From assembly GCA_009602735.1 (NCBI GenBank), contig WELA01000937.1, positions 97,259 through 140,639 on the forward strand: a stretch of 43,381 bases of DNA. Direction: 5' to 3'. This DNA comes from Mesotaenium endlicherianum. Taxonomy: Eukaryota. The position numbers and the translations under genes are program-made. Every line of letters starts with the position of its first letter. Position 1 is the first letter of the stretch. The notes beneath the pieces were generated by a model. It made no database searches. It saw only the letters and a program-made list of their open reading frames with translations, and was not told where the DNA came from. Shown piece after piece: positions 22,382 through 32,917 of this stretch.

Positions 22382-22490
22382 ACATGTGATCGTCAATGCC
22401 TGCCGGCGCTGGTACACTATACTAGTCGTGCAGTTTGAGCAGACCTGGACCCCCTTGATGAACGGCTTGCTGCTGCACGTGCCCTTGGCT
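22382..22490 (-). pseudogene. Cys-rich module 9, truncated after the fourth Cys
   Basis: KGTCSSKPFIKGVQVCSNC...ITC, then unrelated sequence. Confidence 0.65.
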
Positions 22491-25400
22491 GCTTACACAG
22501 TGACGACCGCGAGTAGAAGAATGTCATCTCAAAGAGACGTGGTGCTTAGCTGCTGCGCTTCTCCTTGTGCTTGTTGTGCGCACTCCGTGACGGCTCCAAA
22601 GCATCAATCTATTTCTCATAGGGGGGTCAGGCGTCATTCAGTCGATAGGATGAAGCCGAGAACTGGACGCAGAAACGTCAAAGTTGAAATATTGAAAGTG
22701 CTGGAAGTGTCGGAAGTGTTGGGAATACGAACTATGCAGCAAGCACTTGGCAACAGGCATGCATCGCTCGACACGCACGCGCAGCCAGTCAGCTTCGCCA
22801 GCCCTAGCCAGCGGGACGCTGGCTAGGACGGCGGCCCAACTTAGCGGCCCAACCTCAGAAAGTGAAGGGGGGGTAGAATGGCGTTACCTGAGCAGCAAGA
22901 CCCATACGTGCAATGGCCGTCGACCATGCACTTGCAGCTCTCAAGGGACGCCTGGCAGGTGTCGTCTGCGCAGCAGAAGCTGGCTTTGGGGGGCACGAGA
23001 GCCCTTTCTGGTCAAAGTCCCCGCAGGAGGGGCACACCTGCTTGCCGTTCACAAAAGGCTTCGACACGCACGTGCCCTTCTTGTTGTGCGTGAAGCCTAC
23101 AGCCCGGCACAGGTCCAGCAAGAAAGCGATCACTAATAGCACGGAGCATTTTGGTGGAGTGCCTAGCCGCGCCCTTGCGTCACGTGTGCTTACAAGACAG
23201 ATGGGTAAGCTCTTGCACCTTCATTAGATGGACGAGCTGAATGTGTTGCATCGACATGGTAGTGTCCGCAAGAGCCCACGATGCATGAGCTCGTCGAGCT
23301 GATTGGTGGACCAATGGCGCCTCTTCATGCGAGGGCACTTACCAGCGCAGCAACTGCCTTGGGGGCAGGAGAAAGAGTCAAAGCATGGGCAGAGGGAGAG
23401 CTTGTTCTTGCAAGAGCCGTCGCTGCAGCACACGGGAGCCGCCCTCCGTGGCTGCATTGAAGACAAGTAACACAGGGGCGTCACTTCATCCCCCTCTTCT
23501 TCCTTCCTGGTTAGCGGTGTCGGGAGTGTACTACATGCAATCATTAAGAATGGGCGTGCCCTACTGTGCGGCGCTAGAACGTGCTACGCTCACGTACTCC
23601 AGAAATGTGCGGAGGAAATTGGAAAGGATCCAACAGGATAGCTGTGCAAGCACGCGCACGCAGTGACATGCATGCACACAAATGCGGGCTCACGGACAGA
23701 CGCTCACCTCTGCAGCACGAGACACTATCGGGACAGTCATAGTTGCCGGAGCAGGAGCACCCTGCAGCACAAGACACTATCGGGACAGTCATAGTTGCCG
23801 GAGCCGGAGCACCCGGCGGCAGTGGCCTTGCAGGCGCCGTCCGCGCAGCACATGGGCGCGCTTGCGGGGCAGGCCATGCCCAGGTCCCCCAGCACGTTGC
23901 ATTGGGAGCACACCTGTGTCCCGTTTTTTATCACGGAGGACAAGCACACGCCCCTCCACGATCTTAGTGCCTGCAGTAGCACCACCAGCACCACCAGCAG
24001 CAGCAGCATCAGAGTCATGAGTCAAGGCAGCAAAATGGCCAGCTCCCTCAGGGGCACTTGCCGCGGCACTTGACGAGAGTGAGCGAGGCACACGCGAAGG
24101 GCGCGGTGTGGGTCGGGGCTGAGCCCAACCCAGGGTCTCCAAACGCGCCCCCCCCCCCCCATCGCGTAGCAGAGCGGGGTACAGAGGGAGGGCAAAGAAG
24201 GGGCGCGCCGCGCGGGGAAAGAGGCAGGGCGGACGGCTGCGAGAGGAGAAGGATGATGTTCCAGCAGATGGGTCTTCTCCTGTGCTTTCTTGCGCGGGGG
24301 GGGCAGCTGTGGGTCGTGGCGTGGAGCTGAAGCTGGGAAGCAACTCTTTGATAGCAAAGAAGAAGAGAGAGGGGAGAATGCAACGGGTGGCGGGTACATG
24401 TGCGTCCAGCCCACCTGTGCAGCAACTTCCGGAGGGGCAATTCTCGTTGGAAAACCCAAAGTCCCCGGAGGTGGACAAGCAGGGACAGCCTTCCAGGGTG
24501 GCCCTGCAGCTGCCGTCCCGCGAGCAGCAGTGGCTCTTGTCCTTGGGGCACGCCAGGCTCTTGCCCCCGACCTTGCCGCACCCCTTGCACACCTGCTTGC
24601 CGTTGACAAATGCCTGTGCCACGCACTTGCCCGGCTTCGCCTCGTTGCCTGCATGGCACAAGCTGAGAAAAAAACAAGGCCAGGTTAGACAATGAAGTGA
24701 TGACCGCATTCTTGTCGCTCTCCTCGCACCAGTGCCCGATCCCGGGCACCTTCTAGGTGCCCAGCGGTGCTTGGGCGTGCCCACGTGCTGGCAGGCAGGC
24801 CGGCAGGTAGGCAGGCAGGCAGGCAAGCTTTGGTGGGCACCCATGCTGGCACAGTGTGCCAGCACGTTCTGAGGGAACGTCACCAGGGATACCAGGGCGA
24901 CCAGAACCAGAGAAAAACGCATGCCCCGCTGAGTCCGCACTAAGCGTTAGAGGAGGCAGAACGACAGCAGATTGGACAATGTCCGGATCCTCCTACAAGT
25001 GGGCTCCAAGGCAGCTCCTGGACAATGCAGTAGTACAGTCAGCACATGGACTGTGCAGTGTGTCTAATATCTTACTCCTAGAGAGCTGTTGTGGACCCAT
25101 GCGTGCAGGCGTAGGGGTGAGCAAAGGGTACGTGAATCTGTGCATCAGACGCTAGGGAGGGTGCAGAGTCAGAGCGCTTGCCTGTGCAGCAGGAGCCTTT
25201 GGGGCAGTCACGGATGGATTTGCAGAGGCCGCACTTGGCCGCGGAGGAGTGACAGGTGCCGTCACCGCAACACACGTTGAGGCTCTTCGAACACTTCTGG
25301 GCGGCACCCGTTTCGAACGCGTGGCAGTCCTTGCACACTTGCTTGCCGCCCGCGAACGCGCTCTTGCTGCACCTGCCCGGCTTGGCGGCGTCGCCTGCGG

Positions 25401-28400
25401 TGCAACCAAGCCACCCAAACAAGATAAACAAAATAATGCTTGGCCACTATGACCTCAACTTGCTCCATCGCCAGCTGGCAGGCGCGGCGGAGCGCATACT
25501 GACAGCCATCCCTCACGGCACTGACTGACAGGCTGACTGATCGGCAGCACCCACGCAACAATTTTCACAGGACAGGCAGCACCAGGCACCACGGGACGCG
25601 AGTTTGGCACAAAGGAAGGATGACAATGGGAGCAAGAGGGGGGGGGCGCACCCGTGCAGCACGAGGACTTGCCGCAGTCGGCCTGGCCGGAGCAGGGGCA
25701 GCCCTCAATGCCCTTGGCGCAGGTGCCGTCGGCGCAGCAAAAGCTGGCCTCCTTGGGGCAGGGCGCGCCGTTGAACTTGGCGGTGATGCAGTATGGGCAT
25801 ATCTGCTTCCCCTTTACAATCCTCTGGGTGGTGCACACGCCCAACCCCGTGCCGTGGCCTGCGTGCACCACACGCATGCGCCACACGCGCGCGCAGAGGA
25901 ATGCGGAGCTCAGGGGATACCCACAAGCTTGAAAGCGTTCTCGACTTGGGCACGCAGACACGCAGCTTAACCTCTACAGCATGCTGCCAGCTGTGAGGTC
26001 GATGCTCTAAGAGGAGCTCCTGAAGTGACGCCGCATGTCTAATGGAGGAAAGTAGAGCTCGACGAGGGTCTGGTCTAGTCCAGCTGCGAGTGCCACAGTC
26101 AGCCTGCAGGGCCATACACTGGAGGTACGTAAGAGGACACGCGCACACACACAGAGGCACTTGCACACGCACACGTACGCACACGCGCACGACACAAGCA
26201 AGCACGTGCACACGGGCATGATCAAACGACCGTCGGCACGCACGCACGCACGCAAACACACACCCACTTGTGGAGCAGGAGTCGGAGGGGCACACTTGTG
26301 TATACAGGCACTTGCACCCCTCGACGGTCTTGGCGCAGGTCCCGTCAGCGCAGCAGATCTGGCGTCCTTGGGGCACGACGTCACCGACCTGAGAGAGACT
26401 GCTGGTACACGGCTCCGGCAATCTTGGCACACGTACTTGCCCCCCACGTACGCCTGGGGGTTGCAATGCCCGGGCTTGTTTATAGTGCCTGCACATCTCC
26501 ACCCCTCGCATAGCGAGCACCAGCATTAGCACCCACACCAGCACCAGCACCACCAGCAGCACCAGCAGCACGTACCCGTCAGCCAGGTCCGTGTCGTATT
26601 GGCAGCCCCCTATTCAAATCAAGGATGAGGAGGGAAGAGAAGGGGCAAGATCGAAAAAGGTTGCAATGCAGAAGCTTACCACGTCCCCCAACTAGAGGGG
26701 TGCATTGCCTGGCAGGTGCTTGGCATTGGGCCATCGCGCGCTTCGCAAACACGAGTAGCAGGTGAGAGAGCTGGGAACCGCCAGACGGGCAACACTTGCG
26801 GGGGGCCTTTTGAGAGTGACCCTGCCTTGTCCCTGACCACAGGGATGCCGCGGTGAGCACCAGGAAGAGCCAAAGGGACAAAAGGAGAGGTGGATGGCAC
26901 ACAAGCTCGTTGAGGGGAGAGGCACACCGCCGGTGAGCACGGGTACTAGAGGATGGGGGGAAAATTGATCTTCCGTCTGCGGTGCCGAGTTCCTTCTATC
27001 TGGCAAGGCTGCCGTACCTGTGCAGCAGGTGCGGAGGGGGCACTGCGCGTCCAACGAGCACTGGCAATCGCTAGCAGTCTTCCGGCAGGTGCCGACTCCA
27101 TAGCACACACAGGCCTCCTTGGGGCACGCCAGCTGGCGGCCCGGGAAGCTCTTGCAGCTGGGGCACACTTGCTTGCCGTTGACGAAGAGGGGGGAGCACA
27201 CGCCCGCCCTCGAGGAGTTGCCTGCGTGTGCGCACGCATGCTTTGGGTGAATCAAGAAGCCAGAACCGCACGAACACGTGTGCGACGAACCAACAAACTT
27301 GACGAGTCAACAGACTCTCCACCTCTCCCCCTTCCCTTTCTCCCCCCTTCGCCTTCCTCGCTCAAAGTGCTGAAGACAGGTCTGTCGTGCGTATGTCTCG
27401 TATGAACCAAACTCTTTCTCAAACTTTGCGCTGCCAACCTCACAAGCTCGAGAGCGGAGGTGCCCGCAGCACACCCGCGCGCGCACTTTGGGGCTAGACG
27501 CATGCATGCATGCATGCATGCGTGCGTGCCGCTGCTGTTGCTGCTGCTGCTCTGTGCCTGGTTTGCTAGACAGCTGCTTCCTATTGCTCCCCCAAGGCAG
27601 GCCCTAACGTCAGGAGCTCTGAGAGGCTCTCCCATCAGAATGCCACGATGTCACTAGAGCACCTTCTTTCGGAGGGCTGCGCATGCGTGCAGTGCTGGGG
27701 GCTGGTGCACCCCCATAAAGATACTGCGCATATGGGCGTGCGCAGCGAGCGCAGCTCGCTCGCCAGCGGGTGCAGCACTGCTTAATTGCGGGGACACCCT
27801 ATTGGTGCTATTGGCGTCTAGGGGCAGGGCTCTGAGTCTTGTGTGCGTACTGGTGCAGCACTGCTTGAGGGGGCAGTCCAAGTCATCCACGCAGCTCTTG
27901 GCGTCCGCCACTTGCACCGGGGCACTTGCAACTGAAGCACAGGCATACGGTACCTGTTCAAAGCTCAGTGGTCTACCAGAGTACGTCAGTTTGGCCCTCG
28001 GGTAGCAAGTAGAATCCCTGCATGAGGGGGGTGCCAGCTGTCCCAGACATACCAAGCACTTTGGTCCGGAGTGGTCGTCAATGCTTGCAACACCCAAACA
28101 GCGTTGCATTCCTTCCTTTCAATGCAGCACTCATACAAGGTAGGCACTTCAGAAGTTTAGAGGCAGGAGCCTCCGAGCAAAAGTTCAATCTTCCTTTGTA
28201 CAAGACGGGAATTCTGTACAACTGCTGGGCAAAAATTTTCGTACGTGCAGAGCTCCTCTGTAACATCTTTCAGACAAAGTTGACGACGACCAGGTGCTGA
28301 CCAGGGCCCTCTTGGAGGATCAAATGGCGGGTTAATACAGAGAAGCCACTCAGGAGGGGGAGCTCACCAGCAAGAAGGACAACAAGGCCGCGTAGCATTT

Positions 28401-28407
28401 CCGTCAT
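22382..28407 (-). CDS. Multi-exon gene (or tandem gene pair) for a probably secreted cysteine-rich repeat protein with ~9 paralogous module exons; partly pseudogenised
   Basis: Repeated phase-1/phase-1 exons with consensus G-x5-GxC-x4-FVNGKQVCxxC-x9-CPK-x4-CCxDGxC-x6-CxC-x5-CP-x3-CCT; hydrophobic leader exons at 28407-28368 and 24922-24841. Confidence 0.8.
22888..23096 (-). CDS. Cys-rich module exon 8 (1-nt shortfall in a C homopolymer)
   Basis: TAG|GFTHNKKGTCVSKPFVNGKQVCPSC...CP/KASFCCADDTCQASLESCKCMVDGHCTYGSCCS|GTAA; 209 nt. Confidence 0.8.
23343..23455 (-). pseudogene. Cys-rich module 7, only the 3' half recognisable
   Basis: AAPVCCSDGSCKNKLSLCPCFDSFSCPQGSCCA|GTAAGT. Confidence 0.7.
23708..23970 (-). 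pseudogene. Cys-rich module exon 6 with a +1 frameshift and a 52-bp internal tandem duplication
   Basis: GVCLSSVIKNGTQVCSQC...CPASAPMCCADGACKATAAGC...; duplicated units 23710-23761 and 23762-23813; donor GTGAG. Confidence 0.78.
24415..24648 (-). CDS. Cys-rich module exon 5 (intact, 234 nt)
   Basis: CAG|GNEAKPGKCVAQAFVNGKQVCKGC...CPKDKSHCCSRDGSCRATLEGCPC...NCPSGSCCT|GT. Confidence 0.85.
24841..24922 (-). CDS. Signal-peptide-like exon inside the array
   Basis: MRFSLVLVALVSLVTFPQNVLAHCASM, ending in a phase-1 GT compatible with module 5. Confidence 0.5.
25182..25394 (-). CDS. Cys-rich module exon 4 (intact, 213 nt, GC donor)
   Basis: CAG|GDAAKPGRCSKSAFAGGKQVCKDC...VCCGDGTCHSSAAKCGLCKSIRDCPKGSCCT|GCAAG. 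Confidence 0.83.
25652..25858 (-). CDS. Cys-rich module exon 3 (intact, 207 nt)
   Basis: CAG|GHGTGLGVCTTQRIVKGKQICPYC...CPKEASFCCADGTCAKGIEGCPCSGQADCGKSSCCT|GT. Confidence 0.85.
26268..26488 (-). CDS. Cys-rich module exon 2 (1-nt deletion near 26360)
   Basis: CAG|GTINKPGHCNPQAYVGGKYVCQDC...CPKDA/ICCADGTCAKTVEGCKCLYTQVCPSDSCST|GT; 221 nt. Confidence 0.78.
27018..27221 (-). CDS. Cys-rich module exon 1 (intact, 204 nt)
   Basis: CAG|NSSRAGVCSPLFVNGKQVCPSC...CPKEACVCYGVGTCRKTASDCQCSLDAQCPLRTCCT|GT. Confidence 0.85.
27851..27931 (-). CDS. Leading half-module exon
   Basis: CAG|ASAPVQVADAKSCVDDLDCPLKQCCT|GT, 81 nt, phase 1-1. Confidence 0.65.
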
Positions 28408-29451
28408 ATGCTCTGGCATACGAGAGTTCCCACGTGCAGCTGTCCCTTGTTAATGATGACGAGTACAAACATATGCACAAGAAAAGCAGTTCAGACACTA
28501 GCTAGTGTGACAAACGTAGACCCTCTTAGGTTACTGATTCAAGTCCCGATCAAATGAGCAACGGCTATGAAGTGGGTGGCAACAATCCTGTCTCACTTGT
28601 GGTCTTCCGATATACTGAAGATATCTCCAGGCTATCAAGCCTAAGAAGCAGGTATCAGAAGGGGCATACCAACAAACAACACAATTCAACTGGAAGAATC
28701 TATGAATCGAACAGACACCATGCATGAAGACGCTTAAGTAGGCACAGTCGTGGACTTGAAGTATGTAAGCTGACGTTGACACCGGTACGTAATCCCGATG
28801 CAAACTTTGAGACATGAATCCGAGAATTCACAAGCTCTTCTTTTGCTAGAAGTCCTTGCCGGGCTTCATGACCTAGATGACGCTTAGAGGCATGGCCATG
28901 TCAACCTGAAAGGGGAGTGAAGGAAACTTACTGTCTGAGCGGCGTAGACACAAGGTTCGCATGGAAATGTAAAATTAACCTACATAATAGACAATGGCTT
29001 CAGATAGAGAGAACGACTAGAGCTATCTTTCACAGTAGCCCCAATTTATAGCATTGAAGCAAATCTGGCTATCCTATTTTTCACAGTGCAGTGTGAGAGA
29101 GTGTGCCATGCACTACTGCCACTCGGCCAAATTCGGACCGCCATGCTTTTCTGTCCTTTCAGGTGATCCAACTCGCCCTCACTCTGGATTTTTGTAAGCG
29201 TCACTTGACGACGAATTGACTTGACACTGACTTGATGGGCCAGATTCGCCAATATTGGGACTTCAGTGAGACTTCGGTTGGTGAATCGTGATTCTCATTT
29301 CAGGCTCGGTTTACAATGGACAAATCGATCGCGACTTGATTGTTTGGACCGGTATGAACCGGTACCCAAAAGAACATTTTCAATCAATTTTCCCCTCCTC
29401 GCCAATCACTCAATGGACAGGGCTGTCGGTATTAGGTAGGGGATTCAAATA

Positions 29452-30450
29452 GGGATAAATACTTTTTTACCATCCACTTGCGCCTCTATACCAACTTTAC
29501 CATTGGTTTGTGCAAACTCGACAGATTCTGCCAATTTGGACATAAATACCACTTTTTTGTCCTGAACGCCTTAGGATATGTAGCAATGAGAACAAAGGCT
29601 TCCCTTATCGCTAGGTCGTGTCAGTAAATGCGTGTAAGACTGACTGGACTCGAATGAACAAGTGTGTTAAATGGTTGTTCTCAAAGTAGGTTGTCTGTTG
29701 TCGAGGAGAGCATATTTTAGTAGGAGTACCAAAATGCTACAAATTGTACCCGAAAAGGTCTGGAGGGGAGGGCCGAAAACTTTTTGTGCCTGTGAAGGTA
29801 ACGCTTTGTACCACGGTTGGGCATGCATAAACCTCGAGAGTAGATTTCCTACAACATAGCTTTAGATGCAACTAGTCGTCAATCAGCAATACAGATGCTT
29901 TGAGTAGAACAACTTAAAGAGCGTATGTTGTTTTTTTCCTATCTTCCGGGATGATGCGCAACAGCATTTTGTGAGGACAAAAACAGCTCACCAGACTTTA
30001 ACAGACGTTGACAGCAGAAGGAAGTACTTCGAGAATTTAGACTGCGAGATGGAAACTTTTGACACCGTGATGGTAAAGCCGATTGGGCAAAATGAAAGAA
30101 GCGGAAAGGTTGGAAAAGTGAACGGAAAAAATGTTACCTACCAAAAATTAAGAGACTTTGAAGGCACTTGGTGGGTTTTTGTGCGTTTGAAAAGACTGTC
30201 AGACGAATTCGTGTGGAGCTTGCTCGCACGATTTATATTGCTCGTACGATTTATACAGTAACTAATTTAAAGTGCTTGACATTACTAGCAGAGGCGCACT
30301 ATGAGTGAGAATGCAGCAATACAGGTTCAAGATAAAAAAGTGGTCTTTTTGTCCAAATTGGCAGAATCTGGATATTTTTGTCCAGTTTGCACAAACCGAT
30401 GGTGAAGTTGGTATAGCGGCGCAAATCGATGGTAAAAAAGTATTTATCCC
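29452..30450. mobile_element. Non-autonomous Mutator-like (MULE) DNA transposon, 999 bp
   Basis: ~120-bp imperfect TIRs (29452-29567 and 30325-30450) starting GGGATAAATAC; degenerate 9-bp TSD ATTCAAATA / ATTCAACAA. Confidence 0.85.
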
Positions 30451-30989
30451 ATTCAACAAAGGATGTACTCGTGGATTACTTTCTGTTTTTTTGGCAACGA
30501 TTTCGGGACGACAAGGAGTAGACGAAGCGCGACATCGTTGTGGAGGGGATTTGACAACTCCCCTCAATCAATTTTGTGCCTGTGCACTGTAAAATGCTTT
30601 TCTGTTCAGCTATTTAAAACTTGGTTGTTTATTTTGTCTTCGTCGCTTCGATCTCGTCATTTTTAATTCCGCTATTTGCGTTGATCAATTGAGTGCCTGT
30701 GGCTACAGCTGGGCCACTGAAAACCAGGCCTCATTCGATCAAATTATCACGCGCAACTTGGACGAAACCGCTTTGTGACATATGCGCATCAGACCATATT
30801 ACAAAAAAATAAATAACATATAAATACAAACATAAAATAATCAAAATATGATATGAAGAAAATAGGCTTGTGATTAAAAAGTAGGAAGTAGTAGAATGTA
30901 ATGAAGCAGCACACAAATGCGGTAGAGTGTGGATATAAAGTAGCTCTAGTTCACTTCCTTCTTTTTCTTAATGCATCAGGAAGTTGGAC

Positions 30990-32400
30990 GTGCGTTCAAG
31001 GAGCGGTGTGCGGCGTATCAGGGATTGCTATTATGTTCCCCGCTGCCTCCACCATGGAACCCAACACCACAACATATTTTTCCTTGGCACTGTCACTCTT
31101 CCATCCTCCCATCAACTTGAATGTCCTATCTGACACTCCTAACTTCGCGAATGCTGTAACTTCACCTTTTCTAAACAAGTGTGTTTCAAATTATGTGAGA
31201 CTCAAACCTACTGAAGCCAACAATTCTCTACACCACTTTCTGAGTGTGGTATATGCAGGTGGCCTACTCGATAGGCTGCTTGTCTTGGTAAAGGATTGTA
31301 TGAGATATCCTTACTCAGATAGCCCGGGATTTCTCGCACTAGCCTGCTAAACATGTCTATGGGGCACCACCGCTACCTAGTAGCATGCAAAATTGCGTAC
31401 CTTCTTGAGGACTGTTGATCATTTTTGGCATGTGGAATGAAACACTCGATGGAGGAAATCCTCTCCTTGCCGACGATATGTGAATGTTCTACTTTCACTT
31501 GAATAATCTCTGAGAATCTGAACATGCCGTGATACATGAAGAGTAACATCGCAGATCTCATTAAATCATGATGACTAGCACCTGGACCTGCAAATTGTAC
31601 TAAAATGGCAGCGATAGAATCTGAAGCTAGAGGTTGCTTAACATTATCAAGTCTTACGAGTATCCTAGAGGCTGTTTCTCTTAAGATCTTTATTGCTTGA
31701 CTCTCTGTAGGGCTAGGCAAATTTAGAAGGGCATGTGTAATGTACATTGCGGCAAATGTCAAGTTAAATTGTAATAATGTAGCATGGGTGTTAATGAGAC
31801 TAGACATATACAAGGCGCAAACTTATGGCTCTGCAAGTAAATCCTTGAATCCATATTTTTGGCAGAAATTTTGGAACCTGATCAAATAAATATTGTAATT
31901 TTCAATGATGATGTAGTTTTGCTGGAGAAGACTAAATCCCACCTTAATTTGGCTAACGTTTGTAACTCTGGATGCCTGGCAATAATCTTGCCTATTCACA
32001 CATACATTGAAGCTTATCTTAGCGCTATAATGTCACATATAGGTACTCCTTTATATCCAAAGGTTGCTATATCGCAATCTGTAGAAAGGACTTCCTCACT
32101 ATATCCCACACAAAACCACTCTTTAATTGCTTGTATCCAAACTCCTGGTGCTCTAAACAATAGAGGCCACCAGCTAGCGGCTACCCACACCGAGATAACT
32201 AGCGTACAAAGTGCTCGCTCTTTCATATTATGGTGTATGATCAATGGTATTTCCTAGGGAGGAGGGAAAGCATAATTATTCTCTTTTCTAAATATTATTG
32301 TCAACGCATTACAAGCTTCTACTTCTTGCACTTTTACATATACTCCCAGTCGTTTTAGAGGGCAAGTGTGATGATTTTATTCAAGCTGAAAAATGTAGCT
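30990..32400 (-). mobile_element. Degenerate DIRS-type (tyrosine-recombinase) retroelement remnant: methyltransferase-like domain followed by YR
   Basis: ENNYAFPPP...CTLVISVWVAASWWPLL (MT-like); FRFSE, AKND, HLFRKG, GGWKSD and EKYV (R-K-HxxR-W-Y); several stops and frameshifts. Confidence 0.8.
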
Positions 32401-32917
32401 CAATGAAGCAGCACAAAATTTTGAATGTATACGCGTGACACGAGTTTCACGCAATTAAGCATTTATTATTTAGCATCCGCATCACAAGTTGGATATAAAA
32501 GAACTTCACAAAAAGGATGACACCAATGTTCTTTTGTAAAGAGAGAATTTTCTTCAACGATCTTTCTCTCATAGATACTTGTAGGTCCTCAATACTTTTG
32601 CTTTGAATGATTTATGTACATATTGTTTGCTGTACACAAGATATTTCTACTTCATGACACTTTTGTTCTCGCACTCAAGACTTCTTGTAGCGATATAAGA
32701 CCACACTAGCTGGTTTTCATATTTTAATACTTTTGAATATTTGTAGAGTAATTGTGTGTGGATACAAGAGTACATAGAAACTCTAGTGAATTGGTTCATG
32801 TCCTTTCAACCTTCTAGGGCATCCCAAAAATTAGAAGAATTACCTAAAAGAAATCCATGCGGCAAAAGTCAACTATGTCATTTTTTTGTCAAAAGGACAT
32901 GTGCACATCATTCTAGA

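Noticed and set aside
19898..22384. TGTCAG...CTGACA ends suggesting a solo LTR or insertion
   Set aside because: Only a 6-bp inverted match, and the flanks (GATAG vs TGTGA) give no TSD
26579..26902. Further signal-peptide-like ORF (…LLLSLWLFLVLTAASLW…) between modules 1 and 2
   Set aside because: No ATG start and no convincing phase-1 donor; could be a decayed leader exon but is unsupported
22382..27931. Regularly spaced repeats suggesting a CRISPR-like or satellite array
   Set aside because: Repeats are conserved at the protein and splice-site level, not as identical nucleotide repeats; eukaryotic context with no cas genes
30996..31813. Phage or bacterial integrase (horizontal transfer or contamination)
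   Set aside because: The adjacent MT-like domain and the GxWKSD...Y motif fit DIRS-type eukaryotic retroelements better
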